Below, one piece after another: positions 29,743 through 38,762 of a DNA stretch of 64,000 nt; positions within the stretch are counted from its first letter, which is position 1; every line of letters begins with the position of its first letter. The position numbers were made by a program, and so were the translations under genes. Under the pieces are notes generated by a model, which was not told the origin of the DNA, ran no database searches, and saw only the letters and a list, made by a program, of their open reading frames with translations. Source of the DNA: Candidatus Bathyarchaeia archaeon (GTDB lineage Archaea > Thermoproteota > Bathyarchaeia > Bathyarchaeales > Bathycorpusculaceae); NCBI GenBank assembly GCA_050015395.1, contig JBEKBM010000016.1, positions 11,510-75,509 on the forward strand, written 5' to 3'.

Positions 29743-30760
29743 TTTTCCAAACCTTCGGATAAGTGCCCCTAAGCATCAACACTCTCTCTAGAGCAGCAAC
29801 AGCACCATGCCTTAAACTCAACATTTCCTCAGCTGAAACAAGCGCCCTCGCCAACGCAACTGCCTCACCCTTCAACGTGAAAATAGAGAGAATCGAATCT
29901 TTCTCAATGCCGTTTGCAACCTGCAATACGCCTGGAGCAGTCAAGTTTGCACCATGACACAACGCATCAACAGCCGAGTCACGAACCACAATCTTAGGAA
30001 GCAAAAACAACGCCTCTTCCATAGGCACAATAAATTTGTGAAGGATCGCCTCATCTTTTTTCTCTTCCCACTCACCAAACCAGTACGCAACATCATGCAA
30101 AGTAACTTTTGAAGCGCTAGTTTCAGTGAATGATCCCGAGCGTGTCCTGCGCAGTTCCTGCATGTGGGCGCCGACACCTAGGATTTCGCCGATGTCAAAG
30201 CAGAGTTTGCGTATGTACGTTCCAGCCTCGCAGCCAACTTTGAAGAGAACATTACGCCCATCAGTTTCCAAATAGTCAATGTAGTAAATGCGTCTAGTTC
30301 TAAGCTGCCGCTTAACAGAAGAACGCAGGGGCGGACGCTGATAAATTTCATCCTCAAACTCCAAAAGAACCGGCTTAACCTGTTCCTCTTTAGCGTCACC
30401 GTGAAGCTTCATCACGCAAACGTATTCTTTGCCGCTGTAGAGAAACGCCTGAACAACCTTCGTAGCGTCCTCTAAGGTGATGGGTAAAACACCGGTCACT
30501 TTGGGATTTCTCTGGCTTACTGCTTAAGCCTCTAGAGTCCCGCCGTGGCCAATGTTGTTTAGGTGCATGATTTTTTTTACCCACGCGGCAACTTCGTGGC
30601 TTGTTGGACCAGCTGGCTTGTCAAGGTTTATTGTGCCGTACTGGATGTACTCTTTGGCTGGTCTTTCAGAGGGCAGGTGCCCATACTTTGGGCTGGTTGT
30701 GTCCTCTGCTTTCGTCAACAGTTCACGTTTGATTTCCCACGGGGGAATTGTTCTAGGCAT
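29711..30760 (-). CDS. cbf5: Cbf5 RNA-guided pseudouridine synthase, spliced (exons 30532-30760 and 29711-30507)
   Basis: DKPAGPTSHEV, GHGGTL[D]PKVTGVLP, CEAGTYIR, PUA domain; frame restored by removing intron. Confidence 0.93.
30508..30531 (-). other. 24-nt BHB mRNA intron in cbf5
   Basis: GGGA-CTCT-AG^A-GGCTTA(AGCAG)TAAGCC-AGAG-AA^A-TCCC forms a strict hBHBh'; contains in-frame TAA. Confidence 0.92.
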
Positions 30761-30816
30761 ATGACTGTTTTTCTCCTAACTGGTTGTAAGAAAAATAGAT
30801 ACGGGATAATTAAAGC

Positions 30817-31101
30817 TTAAACTATTGCAGTTTTAACTGCTTGAGTCATTTCTTGCAGTTTGCCTGCAGCGTCCAAAACTTGAGCTACTTCCTCGTCTGA
30901 AGCGCCACGTTTAACCTCAATCTTATCTTGAAGAGGCATAATATGGTTTATGTTGACTCGTCTCCGCTTGACTCCCGTAACCTTTTTTGGTCCTGTCACT
31001 AAAACGAAGCTTTTATCCATTACATCTATTACGACGCATTTTTTGCCGTTCTCTCGACCGACTTGTTTTACGCATATTCTGCCAATTTCTATAGCGGGCA
31101 T
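30817..31101 (-). CDS. rpl14e: 50S ribosomal protein L14e
   Basis: IEIGRICVKQVGRENGKKCVVID..TGPK..GVKRRRVNINH. Confidence 0.95.
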   Translation of the reverse strand: MPAIEIGRICVKQVGRENGKKCVVIDVMDKSFVLVTGPKKVTGVKRRRVNINHIMPLQDKIEVKRGASDEEVAQVLDAAGKLQEMTQAVKTAIV

Positions 31102-31606
31102 CCTTATTCAGTCTCCGTAAAAACAAAATACAACAACTGGCAGATATAAGCATAACATAATTTCAATCAAAAATTGAAAGGTAACCCAAAGACGATCTAT
31201 TAAATAACGCATTCAAAAAGTTTTTTCTTAAAATTAAAATTTGCCAGCTGAGCCTAAACCCCACAATAATCACCGACTTGTCGTAAGCACTTGCAAAAAG
31301 CATCTCCTTGATGTTATCTCAGACAACGCTTGGCAGCCGCTTAAGAACCCGTACAGTGCCACTGTAGAGCGTGTTCCTCAACTGGCAAATAATATTCTCT
31401 CACAAAAGAATATAATATTATGCTGGCACCTTCATGCAACAAATAAAGAAATATACTCACAAACTGTATTGAAGGAATCTGCGATGGCAGGCTTGGGTGA
31501 ACACTTCACAGCATCGTTAAGTTTTCAAGTTACTAAAGCTCACTTGCGGAACTACTGTGTATGCAAAAAACTTAAACTGTACTATGTTGTCACTTACGTT
31601 GCTGGT

Positions 31607-31726
31607 GCCGGGGTATCCGAGCCAGGTCTAAATAGGCGGCCAGATTAAGATTGCCTAAGATATGGAGGAGGACTTAAGATCCTCTGGCGCAGGCCTTCGT
31701 GGGTTCAAGTCCCACCCCCGGCACCA
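31607..31726 (+). tRNA. tRNA-Leu(UAA) with 32-nt intron at 22/23 (31632-31663)
   Basis: GCCGGGG/CCCCGGC acceptor, GAGGA-CTTAAGA-TCCTC, long variable arm, TTCAAGT T-loop; BHB-like GTCT/AGAT with TAGGC/GCCTA. Confidence 0.9.
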
Positions 31727-31846
31727 CTATGTTGAAAGTAAGGGTTTTCGAAGCTGTTTTTTCGCTTATTTAGATTAGTTTTATAAGTGTTTCGCATAAT
31801 TTAATTCAATAAGCAATTTGACAAATCTAGGAAAACAGAGAATCAA

Positions 31847-32863
31847 ATGCTAAAGTCTTTGACCATCGGCGGCAAGTATGTAATTTCGAGATTTTGGACA
31901 CATACCCCCTTCATTCTCAGTCACTCAGTGACATCAGCATGCAACTGTAGATGCAAAATATGCAACATTTGGAAGAAGAAACCAAACGCCAATGAGTTGA
32001 CCGCTCGTGAAATTTTCCGGATGTTAGACGAAGCAAAGCGATTGAATTTCGTGGCTTACGTTGCATGGGGCGGGGAGCCCTTGTTGAGACCTGACATTCT
32101 TGACATTTTGAGCCATGCTCACCGCCTAGGATTTTACACGAGCATTATCACGAATGGAACTTTACTCAAAGAGAGAGCTAAAGAAATCGCAAAGATTGTT
32201 GACTTAACCTGGGTTTCTCTCGATTATGATTCCGAATATCACAGTGAAATGCGAGGTTTTGCAGGAACATTTGAAAAAACAATAGAGGGCATCCGAGAAC
32301 TCAGGTCGGCAGGCGGAAGAGTTGCAGTAAACTGTGTGCTAAGCAAACTCAATATAGACGCTGTTGGGAAAATGGGGGAATTGGCAAAAAGGCATCAGCT
32401 TAAACTATCTTTTGACCCAATGGAAGTATTTCCGGGAAGCAACGAAGAGTACGGTTTAGCGCCTAGCCAACGTAAAAAAGTGTTCTCTGAAGTCGCTGTA
32501 CTCAAAGAAAAGGGATACCCCATTCTTAACTCATACGAATACGCGAGAAATCAGGCAAACTTAACCTACTCTTGCGCCCAACCCTTCATTTTCTTGGATG
32601 TATCCGAGGACGGAAAGATCAGACCGTTCTGGTGTCAAAGGAGCAACAAGATGCTGGGAGACCTGAGAAAGCAAAGCCTGAACGAAATAATACATTCCTC
32701 CTCTGTCAAAGATTTCGCCAAAATCTCGCAAGGATGTTGTATTTGCACACACGCCACTGCCTTTGAAACCTCGATTTTCTATTCCGCCCAACGTTTCCTT
32801 TCAAACGTCTATCGCCTGAAAAACCCCTATTTGAGATTCATCGTAGATTTTGCTCTAACGTGA
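31847..32863 (+). CDS. Radical SAM protein with twitch/SPASM-like C-terminus
   Basis: CNCRCKIC, GGEPLLR, TNG, C-terminal Cys. Confidence 0.9.
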   Translation: MLKSLTIGGKYVISRFWTHTPFILSHSVTSACNCRCKICNIWKKKPNANELTAREIFRMLDEAKRLNFVAYVAWGGEPLLRPDILDILSHAHRLGFYTSIITNGTLLKERAKEIAKIVDLTWVSLDYDSEYHSEMRGFAGTFEKTIEGIRELRSAGGRVAVNCVLSKLNIDAVGKMGELAKRHQLKLSFDPMEVFPGSNEEYGLAPSQRKKVFSEVAVLKEKGYPILNSYEYARNQANLTYSCAQPFIFLDVSEDGKIRPFWCQRSNKMLGDLRKQSLNEIIHSSSVKDFAKISQGCCICTHATAFETSIFYSAQRFLSNVYRLKNPYLRFIVDFALT

Positions 32864-33028
32864 ACAATGAAACTTGTTACCTTTTTAACGCAAAATGCCC
32901 CTTCTAAAAATGACGGTCAAACTTAATTTTTGTTTTTGGAAATATCAAAGTCATCTATTACAGTAGTGGTCGTAAAAAAGCAAATTAGGAGGAAACTGGG
33001 AAGTTGCGAATAATATCTCCACTGCGGT

Positions 33029-33064
33029 TGGGTTCAAGTCCCACCCCCGGCACCACTATGTTGA
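33029..33064 (+). repeat. att-like copy of tRNA-Leu 3' end (36 bp identical to 31700-31735)
   Basis: TGGGTTCAAGTCCCACCCCCGGCACCACTATGTTGA. Confidence 0.95.
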
Positions 33065-33379
33065 TTCTGACGGGGGTTTAAACTGAATGAACAATTCCAT
33101 AATCAAATTGCTGTGTATTTTGCTATGAGCGCCTAAATATTTTGGCTCATTTCAAGTCGCCGGATGGCATAATTCGTTCAGGACACGCAAGAGCCTCAAT
33201 TAGCGTGGTCTCAATTCCATCAGGAACTAATTCGCTTACAGTTAGTAAAACTTAAATCTGGGCAGCTACCTAAGATTATCCGTAGCAATTTGGCGACAAG
33301 CCAGAGTGTCGCAAAGGGATATTTGAGTGAAATTTATCACCTTTGTGGTAGGCTCAGCCTATTTGTCGCCAAATCAAAT

Positions 33380-33880
33380 TTATTTGTTTCTACAGATTTG
33401 GTCCTTCAGCTTTGTAAGGTTAATTATCTTAGCGCCGCAAAGCCTAAGATCCCAAGACGAGCTGTGCTCAAAACTCATAACCTCCACCAGTTTGCCTGCT
33501 TTTAACAAGTATTCAATCGCAGGAAAAATATCCTTGTCACCTGTGCCGAAGATACAGGCATCAAATCTTGCATTCACTAATCCATCAACCAGCGAGTCAG
33601 CCACAATTTGAGTGTCAATTTTCTTTTCTTCTGGTTTCGAAGAACCATACCTGTGAAGCTTGACGAGCTTGAGTGTGTAACCAAATCCGCCAATTTTCTT
33701 AAAGAAATTGATTTCTCCAAGAGAGTTTTCAGTGCTATCATAATAATTTAAATCAACTGGAGTTCTGCCACTAATCATTATTGGCTTAAGCTTGGAATAG
33801 TCTATTCTGACACCAATATCTTCCCCAGCATGAAACAGGTTGGCTCCGTCAATGTAAGCACTTACCCTTATCGGCGAAAC
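33380..33880 (-). CDS. NYN/LabA (PIN-like) domain protein; non-canonical start
   Basis: Upstream extension VSPIRVSAYIDGANLF; EKKIDTQI, GTGDKDIFP, GKLVEV. Confidence 0.85.
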   Translation of the reverse strand, partial: VSPIRVSAYIDGANLFHAGEDIGVRIDYSKLKPIMISGRTPVDLNYYDSTENSLGEINFFKKIGGFGYTLKLVKLHRYGSSKPEEKKIDTQIVADSLVDGLVNARFDACIFGTGDKDIFPAIEYLLKAGKLVEVMSFEHSSSWDLRLCGAKIINLTKLKDQICRNK

Positions 33881-34079
33881 TTTTCCTCCTCAATCTCAAT
33901 TGGTTCAAAAAATATGCGTCTTCCAGAATATAACGCTTTAAGAGAGCTATCTTTATTTGCGTTTCGAAGAACGCGCCATACGTTTCGGCAAAAGTCATTA
34001 AGGTTGTAACTTTGGGTAGAATAACAAAACTTGGAAAGAAAAAAAGAGGATTATGCGGGTGATAATCTCCACTTGGGGC

Positions 34080-34107
34080 TGGGTTCAAGTCCCACCCCCG
34101 GCACCAC
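34080..34107 (+). repeat. Third att-like copy of tRNA-Leu 3' end (28 bp)
   Basis: TGGGTTCAAGTCCCACCCCCGGCACCAC. Confidence 0.95.
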
Positions 34108-35521
34108 CCTCTTGGGAAGCACTCGGGGTTTGTGTGGCGAGAGGTTGTTTTTTGGCCTGTTTTCTGCGTGACCTTGTTTTAGAATTTTTCAAGTTATTGC
34201 GATGGTTCAAACGTAACTCATCATTTTTTACTCTTGCGTGTGGCCAGAAGAATGCGCTTGCAAAAAGCACTATGAACGAAATAAAGACCAGCATAAACAA
34301 GGTGTCATATGCCTGTCCAATAGTGGTTTTCCAAAGGAAACATTGGAAGTAATCCTTAGAGTAAGCGCCAGGGCCAGGCCAACTCCATCCCGCACCACCA
34401 GGACTAGCTTGCCACCACACTGGCCCACTTACGATGAGGTCAAGTTGCCAGAGACTGAAGAAAAGCAAACCCATAGCAGCCATTACGCCTGCAAGGTTAA
34501 TGATGGCGCTTGTCTTTACCATATTCCTCCAGAAATTTCTCATGCGCTCAGGCAATTCTCCTTTTTGTTCCATGCGACCAGTCCACTTGCCACTCAAGTA
34601 GCCCATTGTTGAAAATCGAGCGGTCTCAAATATCCCGTAAACAAAAACGCCTGTGCCCGATAGTAGCATTGCAAAGCCTGAATAATTCATTAGCGTGTTT
34701 TTTGCGTAGGAGCTAGCAAGTAGTGAACCAGTAATGATTAGCATTGAGCCGATGCCGATTGCCCATATGCTTCCCAATATAATTCTCGGTTCGGTATCAC
34801 GGCGGTTTCCGTTTAGGCTCCAGTTGCTTTTTAGGATTGTTACAGCCGTTCCTGACATGCCTAGGCTTAAGATGGCTATCCCGATTAGTAGCATTCCAAA
34901 GCCCGTATAGTTCATTATTGTTTCTTTTGCGTAACTGCCAGCTACTATAGAACCGATAACAGTAAGAACTATTCCGATGCCGACCGATAGTATGCTATAA
35001 GTTAGAAACCTTGGTCTATCTACCCTGATGCCGGCTTGTTTTCTGTTCTTATTTAAGTTGGTCTGCAGCATCCCCAACAATGTTCCGAATATGCCTAAGA
35101 CAAAAAAGCATATTCCAGTTAGCAGCATCCCGAAACCTGCGCAGTTTATTATTGTATTCTTTGCATACGTACCGCCTAGTATAGAGCCAATAATACTCAG
35201 AACCACACCGACACCGATTGCCCATATGCTTAGAAACAGCGTCTTTGGTTTGTTAACTCTAATGCTTGCTGGCTTTGCTTGGCTTAAGCGAGTTTCTACG
35301 GTTGCTGTAGCCGTTGCACACATACCAAAAACAAAAACGGCTATTCCTGCAAGCAGCATGCTAAAGCCTGTATAATTTGTTATTGTTGCTTTCGCGTAAG
35401 AACTAGATATTACAGAGCCAATAACGGCTAGAACTAAACCAATCACAATTACCTTTGTCTTGCTAGAGAGGGCTTCCTGACTTTTCTCCTTAGTTCTTGC
35501 AGGTGCACCCATTTCCCTCAC
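34085..35521 (-). CDS. Multi-pass membrane protein with four internal TM-hairpin repeats
   Basis: GS...(S/T)YAK.T..N..GF.MLL.G motif x4. Confidence 0.8.
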   Translation of the reverse strand: MREMGAPARTKEKSQEALSSKTKVIVIGLVLAVIGSVISSSYAKATITNYTGFSMLLAGIAVFVFGMCATATATVETRLSQAKPASIRVNKPKTLFLSIWAIGVGVVLSIIGSILGGTYAKNTIINCAGFGMLLTGICFFVLGIFGTLLGMLQTNLNKNRKQAGIRVDRPRFLTYSILSVGIGIVLTVIGSIVAGSYAKETIMNYTGFGMLLIGIAILSLGMSGTAVTILKSNWSLNGNRRDTEPRIILGSIWAIGIGSMLIITGSLLASSYAKNTLMNYSGFAMLLSGTGVFVYGIFETARFSTMGYLSGKWTGRMEQKGELPERMRNFWRNMVKTSAIINLAGVMAAMGLLFFSLWQLDLIVSGPVWWQASPGGAGWSWPGPGAYSKDYFQCFLWKTTIGQAYDTLFMLVFISFIVLFASAFFWPHARVKNDELRLNHRNNLKNSKTRSRRKQAKKQPLATQTPSASQEGGAGGGT

Positions 35522-35951
35522 CGTATACTCTTTTAATCGCCCACCAAGCCGATACCATTAGCTACTGTGCTTCTTGCCTATAACATTTAAGTCTGTATTC
35601 TATATTGGGACAGAACGCTTAAGGATTGATAGCAACCGCCTGGCTGCTAATTGAATAATCACTGCTTGAGATAATTAAGCAGCTTGGCCTAACTGTTCCA
35701 GATGTTGGATGGCAGTTTTTCCGGTTGAAAAGGGCTTTTGAAAACGTGCTTAAGGATAAAGCTGCTCGCTATGCCGGTTCTGAAGGCTTCGGAGACATGG
35801 AAAGCCATGAGCTTTAGGTATTCATCACGGCAAAGAGGCATTCCGCCAGGTGGATCTGACAGCGGGTCGAGTCAGGTTGCATCCTTAAAGATGTTTGAAA
35901 ATCACCGAGTGAGAGACAGAGACGGAAGGGACCTCATTTTAAATGAAGCTT

Positions 35952-36029
35952 GGGCGAGTAGCTCAGTACGGATAGAGCACCAGCCTCCTAAGTTGGGGGT
36001 CGAGGGTTCAAATCCCTCCCCGCTCGCCA
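35952..36029 (+). tRNA. tRNA-Arg(CCU)
   Basis: GCTC/GAGC, CCAGC-CTCCTAA-GTTGG, GAGGG-TTCAAAT-CCCTC, CCA; one acceptor mismatch. Confidence 0.9.
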
Positions 36030-36139
36030 CAGACAAACCCCGCCCATTTTGAGCGGGTGTTACTTGCGTTTTTTGAAAACTTTGTTGCTTCCGAAATCGC
36101 AAACCAATTTGGCTATAAACTGCTAGAGGAAGCACTTGG

Positions 36140-37069
36140 TTACTTTTTCTGTTGGTTTATTGTGCTTGTTAAGCTCGTGGTGTTTCTTTTGGGGTTGAAT
36201 GCGGCTGCTATTTCTTTGTAGTTAACGATGATTAGAGACAGCAAGGTGAAGAGGGGTATGAGAGAGTAATAGTAGAGTGGTGTATTAACGGCAGAGGAAA
36301 AAACCATGCTTATGAAGCCAGAGGCCATGCTTGGGTAAAGAAGCATTATATTTGACAAGGCCAACGCGCTGATTGCGCTTGCCGTTGCAGTTTTGAGGTT
36401 TTTGCGGTTGAACATTATGAAGAGCGGTATCGCCAACAGTCCGAATCTTGGGTCAAAAAACCCAAAGGCAAAGGCAATTCCAGACAGGTATGGTCTTCCT
36501 CGGCTGCCAAAATAGAAGCTGAGTAGAAGCAGGAAGGTGATGAAGACTTTGGCTTGTCCCTCGCCCCATTGCCAATAGTAGCTTAGGGAAAGGCCCCCTT
36601 GCGGGGAGGGGAAAGGCAGCAGCAACGCGATAACCATAACCACGAAGGTTACTGCAAGAGGCTTGCCGCTTAAGAGCTTGTAGAGCAGATACGCCATTAG
36701 GGGAAGAAGCATAAACTGGACTATGTCAAAGGCTAAGAGTGCCTGCTGATAATTCAACGAGAGAAAAGGCGAGACAACAAGCAGGAAAGAAGGCAGGTAC
36801 TTGTAGGTTTCAGGATGTGGAAGTATGACTGGTTCCCCATCATGTAAAGCTCCGAAAGTGTAAATGTGCGCTGGATTATTCCATAACCTCCAAGCGCCCA
36901 TATAATAGGCTGAGAAATCTTTCGCCAATATAGTGCCTGAAGTGTTAATGCCCGCATTGACGGCGTAAGTCTCTGGATAAGCTACGATAAAAGTATACAA
37001 ATTCAAGGCGATAAGTACAGCGATTCCTATTATGAAGACACTTTTGGTTAATGATGGTTTGAAAGTCAT
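36140..37069 (-). CDS. GT87/DUF2029-like membrane glycosyltransferase
   Basis: DFSAYY, YKYLP, GQ motif, multiple TM segments. Confidence 0.7.
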   Translation of the reverse strand: MTFKPSLTKSVFIIGIAVLIALNLYTFIVAYPETYAVNAGINTSGTILAKDFSAYYMGAWRLWNNPAHIYTFGALHDGEPVILPHPETYKYLPSFLLVVSPFLSLNYQQALLAFDIVQFMLLPLMAYLLYKLLSGKPLAVTFVVMVIALLLPFPSPQGGLSLSYYWQWGEGQAKVFITFLLLLSFYFGSRGRPYLSGIAFAFGFFDPRFGLLAIPLFIMFNRKNLKTATASAISALALSNIMLLYPSMASGFISMVFSSAVNTPLYYYSLIPLFTLLSLIIVNYKEIAAAFNPKRNTTSLTSTINQQKK

Positions 37070-37341
37070 CTTTACCCGTCAATTGATCGCAGTTTTATTC
37101 TAATACTCAAAGTACTAGAATTTTTATACTTTGGTATTGCAATTTTTTGGCTTTAAACTTATTTGAAAACAGGGTAAATAATGTAAATTTTTACCTTTTC
37201 CTTACCTATTATCTAGACCAATAGGTCGTTTCAAACTTCCTTTTAATCTAAATCTGCGTCTATTCCGTGTAAATAGACCAATCATATTCATGCAAAAATT
37301 GCCTTATTGAATATTCCCTGTCAGCGAAAAATCCTTTCCTA

Positions 37342-37363
37342 TTGTATTACAGTTGTAATACAA
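37342..37363. promoter_or_regulatory. Perfect palindrome, putative operator
   Basis: TTGTATTACA-GT-TGTAATACAA just upstream of BRE/TATA-like GAAAATGCTTTTATT. Confidence 0.65.
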
Positions 37364-37432
37364 ATGAAAATGCTTTTATTCAATCTCTTTCTTGAAGGCG
37401 TTGAATGCCCAAACTAGAGGATTGAATGATAA

Positions 37433-38020
37433 ATGAATATGCTAAAACAAAGTAAAGCTAAAAAAACCTCAATAATGGCTATGACGGCAGCACTCTACGC
37501 CGTTTTCTTCTTCCTATCTTACATGATAGCAATTCCAAGGTTCACAGTTCTCTACCTCCCAATAATCCTCTTAGGCGTATTTCCACTCTGGTTCGGGTGG
37601 AGCGGCTTAGTCGGCAGCATGATTGGCGCCTTCATAGGAGGTGTGTACGTTGAAGGCTTACCTTTTTACCTTGCTTGGGTAGAAATAACCACCGCCGTCG
37701 TCATTTACGGCTTAAACTGGCTGCTTATCCCAAAGGTAGCTGCAGAACCAAAGACAAAAAAGGGGCTCGTCATACTCTCAAGCATTTATGCCTTATCCTT
37801 ATTCGTAGGCACAAGCGTCATTCTTTGGCAATTCGCGACTGTTGGCTTAATTCCTACCGAAACTGCTTGGATTTTTCTTTTGCCTACTTTTGCTCTCAAC
37901 TTGCCAATAGTCTTGATAGCTTGTCCTGCTCTGATTAGGGCGGTGTCTCCGAAACTTAAAACTTGGGGCTTGTACTCTGGCAACTTTGCGGATTGGAGAC
38001 GCCTCAGAACCAAATCCTAA
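37433..38020 (+). CDS. QueT/ECF S-component-like membrane protein
   Basis: AMTAALYAV, PLWFGWSGLVGSMIGAFIG; about 5-6 TM. Confidence 0.6.
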   Translation: MNMLKQSKAKKTSIMAMTAALYAVFFFLSYMIAIPRFTVLYLPIILLGVFPLWFGWSGLVGSMIGAFIGGVYVEGLPFYLAWVEITTAVVIYGLNWLLIPKVAAEPKTKKGLVILSSIYALSLFVGTSVILWQFATVGLIPTETAWIFLLPTFALNLPIVLIACPALIRAVSPKLKTWGLYSGNFADWRRLRTKS

Positions 38021-38168
38021 GTATGGCATCTTTTTTATTCCTCTCTTTTACCGGCATTCGTCGGTTGACTTGAACTCTGCTGTAATAGTATCAAAAAGGT
38101 TTGCGCATGAATGATGGGCAATGCTTTTAAGTTATCGGTCACCTAAAGGCAGTTTTGAGTGCCTAAAC

Positions 38169-38684
38169 ATGAAAATAAGAATAATAAAATTAACCCCTGA
38201 ATTACTCATCGCGTTGTTGCAGGGAAAAGCATCCTCTTTGGCTTCCAATTTGCCCAGCGATACTGAACTATTAGACTTAAAACTTGATTTGTTTTCCAAG
38301 CAAGTGCTCGCGATAGTTAGAAGCGACAGTTTTGAGGACATTGCCGAATCCTTTCCAATTCCAGAATTCAACCTAACAAACACTGGAGAACCTAGAATTG
38401 CACCAAAGCCGATTGGGACCGTTAAACTAGAATCTAAGCCTGACCTTAAGCCTGCAAATGTAAAGTTAATTCAACCAAGCAAAACCTCATCCAAAATGGA
38501 AAATGAATTTAGCCCAGAGCAGCGCAAACTGCTCAGTTTTACAGTTAAGGGAGATTGCGTTGTGGTAAAGCCAGTTCAATTTTTAAAGGCTGAATGGGAA
38601 GATATCAATGAGGTTGTCCGAAGTTTGGGCGGTAAATGGGTGAAAGGTGACATTATCAGCTACTGGGAAATCCCAGCGCAATAG
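38169..38684 (+). CDS. Hypothetical protein
   Basis: ATG 38169; two-domain look, C-term VRSLGGKWV..YWEIP. Confidence 0.7.
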   Translation: MKIRIIKLTPELLIALLQGKASSLASNLPSDTELLDLKLDLFSKQVLAIVRSDSFEDIAESFPIPEFNLTNTGEPRIAPKPIGTVKLESKPDLKPANVKLIQPSKTSSKMENEFSPEQRKLLSFTVKGDCVVVKPVQFLKAEWEDINEVVRSLGGKWVKGDIISYWEIPAQ

Positions 38685-38762
38685 GGTTGATGGTCTGCTT
38701 TGAGTAAGAAACGAAAATCCTTTAAACAAGATGTGCCTATTCAGAATAAGAGTGGTGTTAAG

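Noticed and set aside
30524-30760. cbf5 as pseudogene or two separate genes
   Set aside because: A perfect BHB intron explains the stop and restores the catalytic Asp
31241-31648. 135-aa ORF upstream of tRNA-Leu
   Set aside because: Runs through the tRNA promoter and gene; no motifs
31727-31780. SSV-type split integrase C-fragment after tRNA-Leu
   Set aside because: Frame closes within about 16 codons; no tyrosine recombinase residues nearby
34053-34352. 99-aa ORF across third att copy
   Set aside because: Antisense to the membrane protein gene and partly tRNA-derived
35738-36135. ORFs overlapping tRNA-Arg
   Set aside because: Explained by the tRNA; not protein-like
37070-37432. preQ1 or other riboswitch before QueT-like gene
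   Set aside because: No aptamer consensus visible; only a DNA palindrome
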